Shown: piece by piece, positions 52,238-64,000 of the stretch
Layout of the letters: every line of letters starts with the position of its first letter
How positions within the stretch are numbered: position 1 is the first letter of the stretch
DNA from: Oopsacas minuta
Lineage: Eukaryota; Animalia; Porifera
Assembly (NCBI GenBank): GCA_024704765.1
Contig: JAKMXF010000365.1
Coordinates: forward strand, 310,001-374,000
DNA: 64,000 nt
Reading direction: 5' to 3'
Notes under the pieces: generated by a model
The model's input: only the letters and a program-made list of their open reading frames with translations
What the model was told of the DNA's origin: nothing
The model's database searches: none
Program-made: the position numbers and the translations under genes

Positions 52238-55200
52238 TTATGTCTTGAGGATGCCCAACATGCGTAGCTTCATCCGAATTGAACCTAGTTCTTTCATCAC
52301 CTCCTCAAGTCGGAACTCTATGTCCTCTCTCTTCTGTCTGGACTGACGACTGGTACGTCCTGACCCTCTATTGAGAGCAGATTCTAACAGCTGTTTCTCA
52401 CTTTGAAGGTTGTCATACATTTCTTCTATTTCTGATACTTTGTCTAAACAGCTGGATCTTGAGCTCTTTGTATAAGGCTAATAGATAAGTTAGATTGCTT
52501 AAAGTACAATACTGTGCGTGTAAAGTAAATAATCACAAACCTGTGATTTGTGGAAAGGGTTCTGGTCTAATGACATCAACAATTTGTATTTCTCTTCATC
52601 AGATATACCATTTACTGTCCCTCCCTCATTCTCTTCTGTTATCCAAGTCATCCTCTTACGAGGCTCGGAATGTGGTGTCATCAGTTTGACACGTTCATGC
52701 TGAGCAGATGACATACTCTCCTTAGGGTATGTAATATCAAACGAACAGTTTAGCTTCTCTTCTATAGGAACACAGCTATAAATAGATCCATATATGTTAT
52801 AAAGTTGTACTTACTGTGAGATGAGGAGGTGTGTGGTCTCCTGTCATAATCTCCTCTATAGGGAGTAGTTTCTGACCGTCTAGACAAAGGTTCGGGATAA
52901 TCACTCTCTGAGTCAGAGGGCCAGACGTGAGCTGGGGCTGTTGTTCTAGTGCTGGAGGAAGATGGAGGGTCTGCTAGTATAGAACTCGTTCTAACCTCGT
53001 GAGGAACATCTGGAGATATGTCAGTCCAGTGACGGGAATAGCTAGAGGCAGAGGTACGTGGGTACGTGGATGGCGAGTCGATCTGAGGAGATGGGGGATG
53101 GTATTGGAACTTAGCAACATCTGACTGTCCCTGGAATGTAGTCTGCATTGAGCCGAGATTGTGGAGTCTAAATCAAATAAAAAATTCTCAAAAGTAGAAA
53201 TATAATTCAATCATCAAAACCTCACCTATTGTTAGTATGTTGTAAATGACGGATATCTTCCTCCTGTCGCATAATAGTCCGCTTATAGTTATCTTCCATA
53301 GACTCATACTTACTGACAGCAGCTTTAAGATTACCTAGCTCACTCTGTCTGTCTCGTGACTCCTGTTCTAGCTCTGAAATGAAAGTTTGTTTCCTTCCAA
53401 GTTCTGTCTGAGTCATACGAAATTCTTCTAGCAGGCGATCAAACTTATTTTTCTGATTATCATACTCCTCTCTGAGTCTGTTATACTCATCTTTAAACTT
53501 CTCATTCTCCTGATGGAAAATATGTTGTTATATTATGAATTAATTCAATTAATATCTACTGTATACCTGGATTAGCTGATTCCTTACTCGTAGCATATCC
53601 TGTTCGCGTCTCTGTTTATCAGCTTGTAACTCAGTCTGTATCCTCTGTAGCTCTTGGTTGTATAATTCTCTCTCTCGTATTCTATCCTTACCTAGTACAC
53701 TAGCATCCTGCTGAGACTGTACTAGAGCTGCTTCAGCAGACCTAGCTCTAGTGTCTAAGCTATTGATGAGAGCTTCTTGCTGACTCAGTTGTAGGCGTGA
53801 TGAGTCCAAACGTTCCTATAAAATAATTAGCTGATATGCAGCTGAGAGAGTATACTAGCTCAGTTTACCTGGAATACATTAATCATTTTATCAGCAGCAT
53901 CTAGCTTCTTGTATAGTTCACTAGTCTGGGAATTAGCTTCATCCTTTAGTTTACACTGTTGAGTGAGTCCCTCTACACGTCTCTCCAGCTGAGTTACATG
54001 CTGTCTAGAGCTTTCTAATTGTTGGTGTTGTAATTGGTTGTATTGTTCTAACTGACTATTCTTCTGATCTTGTTCACTTCTTATACGAATCATGCTATTT
54101 AACTCTTGCTCATATCTCTACAGTAGTATAAATTAATAATACAGCTATAAGCCATCATGTATGTAAGAGCTTACATGCTCCTTAGCTCCCATACTGTCCA
54201 CCTTATCCAGTAGAGTAGCGCATTTCTCTTCCAGCTGTATCTTAGCTGTCTGTAACATCTGTTCTCTCTTCTTCAACAGGTCTAACTGTCCGAGTATATC
54301 CTCTGATGGCTGTACAGTATTGTTATGTGTTCTTTGATGGAGTGTAGAGTTAGTGCTCTGATTAACTTGAGGTAGTTGGCAGAGAGAGTAATGTGGGTTG
54401 AGTGTAGGAGTGGGATTATCCTTTATCTATGATGTTATAAAATTAACTATGTATAATGTTGATATCATAGCATAACATACTGTATCTTGCTGGTCATTAT
54501 ATCCTATAGTCTGAGGAGTGGGAGTAGTAGTGAGAGAATGAGGTATTGGGGCTATCACCCCAGGAGGCAGCTGGTTAACTGTTTGAGGACCACACACTAA
54601 GTTAGGAGGATCAGATTGGGTAGATTGAGGGAGGGGGAATGTAGCTACATGTTGAGATGATGTGATCATTGTAGCCTAATAATAATACATGTATAATAGA
54701 TAATTAGTTTAATAGAATTAACTATAATAATTACTTGTGTAGGATAGTTATTCTCTCTAGCATTATAATCAGCTTGATTATCACTAATAGTAGGTTGAGA
54801 AGATAGGTGCATTAGGGAAGGAACAGATAAAGATTTAGAAAGAGATATTCTCTTCTCTTCGTTGTCCCTCCTGTATGGTATGGTGTGCATGTCATCCATC
54901 GTCATGACAGGCTGTTGACTGACAGGTTCTATACTGTATGTATTCAATTTGAAATTCTGCTTTTGAGTCTCATCCTGAGGGATAGCAAGTTGAGACTCAG
55001 AGGGATAAACAGCTGGTTCTTGTGTAATAATCAGCTGATTGAGGAGAGACAGGAACTGATCTGTCGACATGTTCCTGCTAGGAATTGTAGGGACAGGAGT
55101 AGGGGAGATAGGTAAGTGAGCGGGTCGCTCTTCTGTAGGAGAAGTGAGTACCTAATGAATATACTAAAATCCTATATAATACAAATACCCATCAATATAT

Positions 55201-55387
55201 CTACCTGTATTCCTGAGTATGGGTTATTTAATGGTAATTCATTTAGCAATGAATCACAGTTAATAGCAGATTCCTCAGTCAGTTTGTTAGAAGCAGGAAT
55301 AGTAATATTCTCTCTAACAGATATCTTTAGTTCTGTATTCATTACTGTATTGTAAGGACTCATACGAGAGTTGCGCTCACCGTCCAT
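52238..55387 (-). CDS. MPHOSPH9: M-phase phosphoprotein 9-like centriolar coiled-coil protein, multi-exon; internal boundaries approximate
   Basis: The last exon EIEEMYDNLQSEKQLLESALNR...RLEEVMKELGSIRMKLR matches the MPHOSPH9 C-terminus. Intermediate ORFs are coiled-coil exons flanked by GT/AG sites. Confidence 0.8.
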
Positions 55388-55576
55388 TGGAATCCAATAT
55401 AATTATATACCAGCTAATGAAATTTTTATTTGTGGATTTTTGTTGGCATTTATCTGGAGGGATACTAAGCAAATTCAAAAGCAAGACTTATGCGTAATAT
55501 AAATCCATAAATAAAATACACAACAACCTTTGGAAAATCTACGAGCTGTGTAGCATTATAAATTAAGAGAATAAAC

Positions 55577-57684
55577 TCATGGAGCAATAAGGAGAGATGA
55601 GAACTCCCAATATTGAGTAGGGGTATCTTGACAAGTTTCAAGAACCACAAAAGTGTTGTCTGGGGATCTAGTGAAGCATTTGTTACCATTTAGCAGTTTA
55701 ACAGTATGTTCACTCAAATCCCAAGCACACTCAGGTTTATCAGAGCAGAATGTTATCAAGAGATTCGTGAATGTACCATCTGCACAGAGACAAGCATTCT
55801 CATTCTTTATTTCGTGTTTGTCACTTGTCATCCAATTCTGGTTACCACCCTCTCCGTGACAAGGGTAGAGACCAACTGTAGACCCATGACTAGTATGTCC
55901 CAGTGTGTCCAAACAGTAATTATCTGGAAAATAAATTATTTGAATATTTCTATGAATATGCAAAATTCTAAGACCAACCAATATTCTTAATAACTCCTAT
56001 TCTCTGGTCGGTAGACGGCAACATTTCAGGATAAATATTCTCAAGATACCATCTGAATGATTTACAGTTGAGATCAGCTCTGAGTTTCTTGCGTTCAGTT
56101 AAATCTCCGGCTGGAAAACCTCTAGCCCCAGGTCTAGCTGCGTAATAATACTCTTTGTAACTGGAAAATATATAAAGTAGTAGTATTAACTAGCAAAATA
56201 TCATGGAAATATTACAAACCCATCCATCCAGACCTCTGCTGCTCTCTTAGTGTTTTTAGTGTAGGTAGGACCATTACCTTCTGGAAAGGTGTATGGATGT
56301 TTCTTCCTGAACACGTGACCCACACGAGAGCAAGGGATTATCTCTACTGCTCCGTGACATTGCCAGACACGAAACGAAATTTCAAAGTTCTCTCCTCCCC
56401 ATATATCCATATCCTTATCATAAGAACCTATATCGAAAAAATAGTTCCTTTCTACAGAAAATAGCCCTCCAGCGATCATAGGGGTAGAAATAGGATCTAT
56501 TGATGAGAGGCGATTCTGCTTGTCTCTATTTGTCAATGTATCCCACTTAAAATGGAGATTCCAGTCAAATCCGCCCTTCAGTTCAGAAGATGCTGAGATA
56601 TATCTAAATACATGTATAGTCAATGAAATATTATGTAAGGATTGTAAGTTTAAAATATCCTACAATTAGAGCACGAAAATAGTGTATTATTGTAACACGT
56701 ATGTCAGGTTTTTAGGATAACCTCTTCTAGTACTAGAAGAGATATCTCTATCTAATGGATGAATCAGCTATCATTTGCATAACCTTCCTACTATATGACA
56801 CATTATATTGCAATAGCTATTGGAGAATGTAAGATTTTAATGCTTACTTGAAATTATCCATACTAATGATATCAATTATGGGAGATACGATAATATTCCT
56901 CTTCTCCACTATTCTTTGTAGAAGAGGTTGTAACCATACAGGACTACATTCACAGTGACTATCCAGGAATGTAAGAACAGGAGCTGTAGCAGCATTAGCC
57001 CCCATGACTCTAGCACGAACTAAACCTTCCCGTTTCTCAGTTCGGATTAATTGAACCTTTGGAATTGTGAGTAGTAATCTAATTGAATGAAACCGATATT
57101 ATTAAACTCAATTGGTGTGTGTGAATTAGTTTGTCGTTTATAAACTAAATAATATGAACATACCTTCCTGTCTCAATGTCATCAGAGAAATCATCTACCA
57201 GTATAATCTCCTTGATAAGCTCAGGAGGACTTCTATCTAAGATGCTAACTACTGTTCTTAGGAGGGTAGAACGAGCTTCGTTATGATAACATATAACAAC
57301 AGAAGTGGCAGGAAGACCTGCAATTTGATAATTCTGTATTTTACATTGGACCTGCCTCTGGTCAGATATCTGTCTGCCAGCTGGTATATCATCAGATACT
57401 TCTTGATTGAATGCATTCTTACCGTATGGATCTTGTCCTGGTTTTATTCGAGTGCCATCTATATAGCTCTTCTCATCAAAATACATTAAATTACCAAGGT
57501 TAAAAGGGCCTTCTGCTTCTGGAGAGTCAGGGTTTCGTTGTAGTAAAGGGTTTTGCCGGAGATCATCTGGGAAGTGAAGATAAGGGTCTGTAGTAGACGG
57601 AATAAACAGCCATAACGTTAGAGTAGTGAGGAGTAATATTGATATTATTATGCATGATGTCAAAAATCGGAATAATTTCTTCAT
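55577..57684 (-). CDS. Polypeptide N-acetylgalactosaminyltransferase (GALNT2-like) with a ricin-B lectin domain, about 5 exons
   Basis: Type II TM anchor, [28 protein letters not shown] (in exon 2, missed by the track), [25 protein letters not shown] and GNQNW. Confidence 0.93.
56722..56741. repeat. Perfect 20-bp palindrome CTCTTCTAGTACTAGAAGAG in a GALNT intron
   Basis: Self-complementary; it overlaps a second palindrome, AGAGATATCTCT (56738-56749). Confidence 0.9.
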
Positions 57685-57892
57685 AGTTTTACTGTCATAA
57701 GTATCAGAATTGGTTCATTGAACTTATAATATGAATAACTATTTGTGGTGGATCTATAATCTAAATAATAATAATAATATACAAAGCAAATTAACGTAAC
57801 TCGAGACATAATTTTAGTAAAATATTAGATAGTTAGATATAAATAGTAGATAAGACTGTTTAGTTATATTATAGTAATATTTAGCTAAAATA

Positions 57893-60800
57893 ATGGCTGA
57901 GGAAACTAAAAGCATTACGAATGAAAGGTTAACAGAGATACGGAAACTTCCCAAACTCCCTGAGCCGAAAGATAACGAGCTTGATAACATTGATAGAGAT
58001 CAGCCAGAACTACAGAAGCGGGTATACACAGTACTAAAATGGTTAGTAGGATGGTCACTGTTTGTCTGTATGCTCGCAAGCTTGATCTTAAACCAAATGA
58101 CGCTAGCTAAAACAATATCATTATTAAATATAGCAGAAAAGGAAAATCATAAGATGAAGGGATTCGTGATGTTAATGTTCATTATACTGGTTCCTAATCT
58201 ATTCAATGCTGTTCGTTGTTATCTAGTGGGGACATTCTCGAAAACCGCTACAAGCTATCCCTGGCCTAACAGGAATTCTCTAATCATTGGTGTATCTGTT
58301 TCTATCCTAGAAATACTGTGTATTGTGGAGATTCTGTTCTTCTCTGGTCCTCATCTAGAACCTGACATATTCTTGTTGCTATTAGCTGGTACCTTCTCTA
58401 CTACTATACTACTACAATTACGTTATATCTGCAAACAAGACGTGAAGGACAATATGGGTATTCGTGCTGTAAAGAGTTGTATGCTAATTGTATCATTCAT
58501 CGTACATACAATGGCTATATTAGGAATTCTTGCTGTATTGATAGCTGCATGTGTTAAGGGAGTAACAGGCAGTGGAAATGAGGCTGTTAAAATTTCATCT
58601 CATGTATTGCTGATAGCCAGTTTGTTCATTCTCTCAGTATTATGGAGTCCTAATATTCAGAATCTGACAATTCAACCTAATCTCAAGTTCAAAACTCTCA
58701 AAGACGCGTTGTTCCTTGAATTTGTAGAGACAAAGGGTGCTGAGCGGGGCATGCAAGCCAATGCCAGATGGAAAGGAGGAATGATCTACTCGTGCGTTAA
58801 ATTCTTCACATTCCTGTTTATAGCTCCTGTAGCCTTCTTCTTGCTTAATATAAAGGAAACCAGCATTAGTAATTTTTGCACAGATACCTATTGTGCGTTC
58901 GACCTTAAAACTGACCTATCATTTGTACTCGCTGTAAATATCCTTCTTGCATTACTTGTCTACGCTATGGGATATATGGCATGTAGTATCCGTTCACAAC
59001 AAATAGGTTTCTTCATACCGTTAATCCTCAGCACTCCCTTAACTGTATTCTTAATTAACTTAATGCAGTCATGGGAGACCTGGCCAAACATAACTCATAC
59101 CATGCTTTCTAACTATACAAACAGCTTTAATACTGTCAACATGGTCACATATCGTAGTGTAATGAATGTAACCATTATCTTGTTGGGCATAGCACTATTG
59201 GCTACACCGCTTACATACACATACACATTCTTCAAGAATTCTAAAGTAGTAATGGCAACAGATGATCTACTCTTCCACCTCCCATCCTATAACCCTATAT
59301 TCCTAGCTGAATACTTCCTACTGAATAGACGAGTAGAAAGAACAATGTTATCAAAAATTGATGGACCATTTGCAAAGCCTAAAGATTACGATAATGCATA
59401 CATCTTCATCTGTTCAACCATGTACCATGAAAGTGAGAAGGAAATGAGGAATTTGTTGCTCTCTATCAAATCGGTAGCAGATGCAGCGGCGAGCGGTTTC
59501 CTAAAACAAAAATTTGAATCACACATATTCTTTGACGGTGCTAACCAAGGTAATGATCTTAATCTCTATGCTATGAGGTTAATATCCTTGTTGGAGGAAT
59601 GCTTCGATGTAGGACTAGAGGATGGCAGGAAGAGATATACTCCATATGGTATTCAGTTAGCATGGGTAGTGTCCGAACAGTTAAGGTTTGTCATTCATTG
59701 CAAGAATGGAAAGAAAGTAAAGAACAAAAAAAGATGGTCTCAAGTGATGTACATGTATTACACACTATTCTATAGAATACCTAGAGATAACCATGTTGGT
59801 GACCAGGAAGATAATTACGAGAGGACTTTCATATTGACAACTGATGCAGATATAGTGTTTACTCCTGAATCAGTGAAGAGTCTGATAGAAATGCTATCTA
59901 GAGATCGTACAGTGGGAGCAGTATGTGCCAGGACCCATCCCCTAGGTTCAGGTCCTATAGTCTGGTATCAAATATTCGATTATGCAGTAGGTCATTGGTT
60001 CCAAAAGGTAGCTGAAAATATATTAGGATCCGTGTTGTGTTGTCCAGGATGTTTCTCTCTGTTCAGGGCGAGTGCATTGAAAGATGTAGTACAAATATAC
60101 GCGGGTAATGTTTCGCTAGCCAAAGATTTCCTTACAAAAGATATGGGGGAAGATCGTTGGCTGTGTACGCTACTGGTTCAGCATGGATGGAGGCTGGAGT
60201 ATTGTGCAGTGTCTGAGAACTTTACATTCTGTCCTGACCATTTCGAAGAGTTTTATAAACAGAGAAGACGATGGATACCTTCTACACTAGCTAACCTATT
60301 CGAACTGGTGTCTAGTGGTTCTCGTATTGTCAAGAAAAATAACTTTATCAGTTATTTGTTCGTATTCTATCAGATCCTAAACATCATATCGACTATACTC
60401 TCTCCAGGTTCTGTGATCATTGTGCTAGTAGGAGGGTTAGCAGTAGCTTTGCAAATCAATCAGTATATCATACTAGTGGTACAACTGGGTATAGCTGGAG
60501 CATTCATGTTAACGTGTTTGTATACGTCACAGAAAACGCAATTAAATACAGCAAAAATCCTAACAGGAGTATACGCGTTCATGATGGCAGCTGTAGTGAT
60601 AGGGTTATTCGGGCAGGGAGCTGTATCAGTGAAGGAAAGCATTGACCAGTACTATTCGAACAAGAATATTACAGATTACGAGGAAAAATATCTTGAAGGA
60701 ACGCTCACATCATTCACGACCATCTATCTAGTGTTTCTAAGTATAATGTACACGATAGCTGCTATACTACATCCTTTTGAAGCTTATCAGGTTTTGAATT

Positions 60801-62266
60801 TCGTTTGGTACCTCATTTGTTTACCATCAGGATATTTGCTGTTGATTGTCTATTCATTCTGTAATCTTACTGACAGGAGTTGGGGTACACGCGAAGCAAC
60901 TGTTGGCTCAGATACCAAACCATTATCCCATTACTTCAAACTAATGAGAGATTACGTCATACTGCTCTGTACAAAATGTTGTATGAAACCACAAAAAGAA
61001 GAAGTCAAGCCTATCAAAGCTGTACAGGAAAAACCAGAAATACCCATTGAGCCTGTAACAAAGATGGAGGAAGAAGTGAAAGAGAAAGGATATCACTATA
61101 GGAGGGAGGTTGATAATCCATGTCTAGTGAGTGTAATGCCAGGGAAGAAGAATCATTTGTCTGTTGAACAGTTCTTGGACAAATTCGGACTGTCAGAGTA
61201 CGCAAACAACTTCTATGAACACGGTTATGAGAACTTAGCATTAACCACAAAATTGAACAAAAGTGACTTAAATATTATGGGTATAACCAAACGTGGTCAT
61301 GTGCTGAAAATCCTGAAAGCATTAAAGGAAATCTACGTATTCGAGGCTGAGATACCAGCACACATACCAACAGGCATTTATGAATGGTTAAAGATGTTAT
61401 GCGTACCAATAAAATACGGAGAAGTGCTAACTCAAGAAGGTTACGGGTTCAAATGTGATATCGAGAATTTGATAGGAATGGAAGAACAAGAATTGATAAA
61501 TATGGGAATAACAAAACGGGGTCACCTACAGAGATTCAAAGTTGGACTCAAAAAGCTTGAATACCCAACAGCTGATGAATTGCTCTTAAGACATGGACAT
61601 GAGTATTTGGGAAAACTCGACGATATGCCTCAAGGAGATTTCGAGGATGAGGACATTTTCTGGTATAAACTCAGGGATGAAATATTAAAGGTTGATACCT
61701 CAGTGTTTCAAGCAAAACAAGAAGCAAAATTGAAATCAAATCTAGAAGAACTGAGGAACAATTATCTCTTGGTGTTGATTGTAGCAAATTCTATCTGGTT
61801 ATTGGGATTCTTTCTCCTAGACTCAGTGCAGTTTTCAGTTTTGAGAATCGAAGGGAAAGTTAACCTAATAGGAATGATATTTGTATTGATATACGGAGCT
61901 ATCTACTTCATCCAATTCATCTGCTTGCTCCTGCATAGAGTTTACACCCTGATGCATTTCGTAGCAGACGCGCAGTACTTCCCTAGAAAGCGAGTGCAAG
62001 TAAAGAGGAGAGATCCGAGATTTAAGAACCATACAGGAAGCGATCTTAACAAGACAGACAGGACAGAAAGCGTTATGAGTGATGATCAGAACCTGTTTCT
62101 ACAGAGACATAGCAAAATGGTAGAATTCAGTTCTGCAGACAGAACACCATTACTATCACCGTTAACAGAAAGAGGGACCTCCACTAACTTTGGCAGCATA
62201 CCCATAGAACAATCTACAGTCTTGGAAACTAGCTTCATGCCAGGAGCATACCACGTCATCAAGTAG
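57893..62266 (+). CDS. Chitin synthase with two C-terminal SAM domains, single exon, 1457 aa
   Basis: TMYHE, KKRWSQ, TDAD, CCPGCFSLFR, GEDRW, QRRRW and SWGTRE motifs. SAM-like segments are SVEQFLDKFGLSEYANNF...GITKRGH and GIYEWLKML...GITKRGH. Confidence 0.95.
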   Translation: MAEETKSITNERLTEIRKLPKLPEPKDNELDNIDRDQPELQKRVYTVLKWLVGWSLFVCMLASLILNQMTLAKTISLLNIAEKENHKMKGFVMLMFIILVPNLFNAVRCYLVGTFSKTATSYPWPNRNSLIIGVSVSILEILCIVEILFFSGPHLEPDIFLLLLAGTFSTTILLQLRYICKQDVKDNMGIRAVKSCMLIVSFIVHTMAILGILAVLIAACVKGVTGSGNEAVKISSHVLLIASLFILSVLWSPNIQNLTIQPNLKFKTLKDALFLEFVETKGAERGMQANARWKGGMIYSCVKFFTFLFIAPVAFFLLNIKETSISNFCTDTYCAFDLKTDLSFVLAVNILLALLVYAMGYMACSIRSQQIGFFIPLILSTPLTVFLINLMQSWETWPNITHTMLSNYTNSFNTVNMVTYRSVMNVTIILLGIALLATPLTYTYTFFKNSKVVMATDDLLFHLPSYNPIFLAEYFLLNRRVERTMLSKIDGPFAKPKDYDNAYIFICSTMYHESEKEMRNLLLSIKSVADAAASGFLKQKFESHIFFDGANQGNDLNLYAMRLISLLEECFDVGLEDGRKRYTPYGIQLAWVVSEQLRFVIHCKNGKKVKNKKRWSQVMYMYYTLFYRIPRDNHVGDQEDNYERTFILTTDADIVFTPESVKSLIEMLSRDRTVGAVCARTHPLGSGPIVWYQIFDYAVGHWFQKVAENILGSVLCCPGCFSLFRASALKDVVQIYAGNVSLAKDFLTKDMGEDRWLCTLLVQHGWRLEYCAVSENFTFCPDHFEEFYKQRRRWIPSTLANLFELVSSGSRIVKKNNFISYLFVFYQILNIISTILSPGSVIIVLVGGLAVALQINQYIILVVQLGIAGAFMLTCLYTSQKTQLNTAKILTGVYAFMMAAVVIGLFGQGAVSVKESIDQYYSNKNITDYEEKYLEGTLTSFTTIYLVFLSIMYTIAAILHPFEAYQVLNFVWYLICLPSGYLLLIVYSFCNLTDRSWGTREATVGSDTKPLSHYFKLMRDYVILLCTKCCMKPQKEEVKPIKAVQEKPEIPIEPVTKMEEEVKEKGYHYRREVDNPCLVSVMPGKKNHLSVEQFLDKFGLSEYANNFYEHGYENLALTTKLNKSDLNIMGITKRGHVLKILKALKEIYVFEAEIPAHIPTGIYEWLKMLCVPIKYGEVLTQEGYGFKCDIENLIGMEEQELINMGITKRGHLQRFKVGLKKLEYPTADELLLRHGHEYLGKLDDMPQGDFEDEDIFWYKLRDEILKVDTSVFQAKQEAKLKSNLEELRNNYLLVLIVANSIWLLGFFLLDSVQFSVLRIEGKVNLIGMIFVLIYGAIYFIQFICLLLHRVYTLMHFVADAQYFPRKRVQVKRRDPRFKNHTGSDLNKTDRTESVMSDDQNLFLQRHSKMVEFSSADRTPLLSPLTERGTSTNFGSIPIEQSTVLETSFMPGAYHVIK

Positions 62267-62606
62267 TATGTTTAGTAAAAGGAGATGTAATAATAGTTAG
62301 AGAAAGCTGTAATAGGTTTTGAAGAGTTAAAATGTTCGTAAATAGTGTAGATAAGTTGTATTTGTTTTATTAAATATAAATATATTACTGCTATAATACT
62401 TCAGAGCTAACATACGTAAACAGAGTAGAAATGGTACAATCTAACCTCACAAAAGTGGAACGAATTCACAAAATGTATTTATCAGTGAAATCAGAATCTA
62501 ACTATTCAGTGACCAGATACACACTGGCTTCTACATAAAAGAAATTGTGGTTCTTGATAACCCGAGTTTTAGTATAAATTTATAACTATTATCTAAAAAT
62601 GTTACA

Positions 62607-63209
62607 ATGGATTCAATACTATTACAATGGACAGAATATCTAGCCTATCCTTATTATGAAACGGTGGATGATCTAGAAATGTTCAGATCAGGCTGGTTAT
62701 ACAATATAATACTAATGAGGATCACTGATAAAATGTAAGTTAATAACTCACATATATAAATACCCTCTTATAAATATTATAGCGTAGAAGATGAAGTACT
62801 GGCATTACGGAAACAAACCAGTTTAGTCAATATAGAAAAGGTTAGCGAATAAAGTAAAAGTAAGTCTACGAGATATAATACTGAGTTTACTAACTGTAGG
62901 CTATCATAATTGCCAAAGTGTTGACGCTACCTGTCCCATTCAGAAAGGAAGATATCTCTACAGTGAGAATTCAGAAGCTAGAAGCATTTCTACTCATACT
63001 ATATAGCTACCATAAGACAAGTAAGTAGTATGCTAATAGTGGACAAAATATACGTTACGGGTGAGTGTATTTATCTAGATAGATGTCTAACAAGTGATGA
63101 GATTGCCTTGACAGAAGCAGAACAGACAAAGAAGAGGAATATACAGAAAGCAGAGCAAAGACAATTAGGCAGAACTCAACCAGCGGGTAGGACATGCAAC
63201 CTCCAATAA
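62607..63209 (+). CDS. Hidden four-exon 145-aa calponin-homology (CH) domain protein; exons 62607-62734, 62783-62840, 62900-63020, 63079-63209
   Basis: Three GT-AG introns (48, 59 and 58 bp) with matching phases give MDSILLQWTEYL...FRSGWLYNIILMRI...NIEKAIIIAKVLTLPVPFRKEDI...LEAFLLILY, a CH-like pattern. Every exon is below the ORF-track cutoff. Confidence 0.75.
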
Positions 63210-63454
63210 TATCTGTTCGTACAATTTAGTACAATATAATGATATTACAAATGAATTGCAATGCTATGAAATATTAGGGTAGTATTAATTATAATACGTC
63301 TTACGTCACAAACTAAACACAGTAGAATATTAGTTTTGACCCAATTCTGTTCACAAATGCTATCACCAACAAGTTGTATAACAATAATAGTATAGCATGA
63401 TAGTAGGATATATTAGCTAGATAGAGAATATATTAATATATACCTTGTAGTGGA

Positions 63455-64000
63455 TCAGCTGTTCCATTCCATCTGTAACTCATCTGTTAATTGTTCTATT
63501 TCATGAATAAGACGTGTATCATTTAGACCACACTTAAGAGCATATCTATACGTCTGTTCAGCCTCAGCCTGTCTCCCAGTCCTCAGACATACCATACAGA
63601 GATAAGCCCATATTTCAGGCTCTAAGTTATTTAGAATATTAGCTTCAGCCAGAGCCTCTTCTGCTTCCCCTAGCTCCTGCATCCTGTAGCAAGATATACC
63701 TACTCCTAGCCAAGTTAATGCTGAAGGGGAGTGTCTACATCCGTGTAAGAACATCTCTTTAGATTTCGTATAATTATCCTCCTCTAGATAAATAGAAGCT
63801 AGACGTAGATATACAAGATGGGGGTCTAAGAGCTCTCCTGTTGAGGCTAGAGTACGTTCATAACTCTTTATTGCTCCTGCGGTATCTCGCATTAAGTACT
63901 GAGCATGTGAGAATATCTCCCAAGCCTGGACATTCTCTATATCCAGAGCTATAGCTCGTTTGGCGTGTAGTAACAGATCCATAGTGTCACCTTTCGCGAG
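63455..64000 (-). CDS. CFAP70: Cilia- and flagella-associated protein 70 (TPR protein), C-terminal part; the frame stays open to the right edge
   Basis: HLVYLRLASIYLEE, SPSALTWLGVGISCYR and AEEALAEANILNN...IWAYL match the CFAP70/TTC18 C-terminal TPRs. Confidence 0.88.
   Translation of the reverse strand, partial: LAKGDTMDLLLHAKRAIALDIENVQAWEIFSHAQYLMRDTAGAIKSYERTLASTGELLDPHLVYLRLASIYLEEDNYTKSKEMFLHGCRHSPSALTWLGVGISCYRMQELGEAEEALAEANILNNLEPEIWAYLCMVCLRTGRQAEAEQTYRYALKCGLNDTRLIHEIEQLTDELQMEWNS

Noticed and set aside
11769-64000. Apparent functional clustering of ciliary genes (AK9, MPHOSPH9, CFAP70) or mitochondrial genes (SOD2, PARL, AGXT2)
   Set aside because: They are scattered among unrelated genes, and these categories are common enough to co-occur by chance.
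1-64000. Prokaryotic systems, CRISPR arrays, transposases, tRNA/rRNA genes, horizontally transferred genes
   Set aside because: None recognised; spliceosomal introns and metazoan-type genes occur throughout.

Overview
AT-rich, very gene-dense eukaryotic (animal) DNA: about 30 protein-coding genes in 64 kb, with introns mostly 48-240 bp and intergenic gaps mostly 100-400 bp. The compact layout and a SAM-domain chitin synthase suggest a sponge, probably a glass sponge (Hexactinellida); this is inference and was not checked. Genes in order: SLC38A7-like (partial), ARMC8, EPG5, SFR1, AK9, STRAD, an orphan beta-propeller-like ORF, PIGU, TSPAN13/31, a BTB protein, SOD2, a BAR-RhoGAP, TRMT13, two divergent SLC15-like transporters, a hidden 95-aa gene, a divergent importin-beta, COG2, two uncharacterised ORFs, selenoprotein SEPHS2, PARL, TRAIP, two tandem AGXT2 copies, MPHOSPH9, GALNT, chitin synthase, a hidden CH-domain gene and CFAP70 (partial). 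Features the ORF track misses: (1) the SEPHS2 first exon with an in-frame Sec UGA, a GC-AG intron and a 3'UTR SECIS; (2) an H/ACA-like hairpin in a SOD2 intron with complementarity to the 18S rRNA 5' end; (3) near-identical introns but pocket-focused amino-acid divergence in the AGXT2 pair; (4) two small spliced genes; (5) long co-directional gene runs with AG just before many start codons, consistent with trans-splicing or operons. No mobile elements, tRNA, rRNA or CRISPR arrays were recognised. All homology calls are from motif recognition by eye, not database searches.
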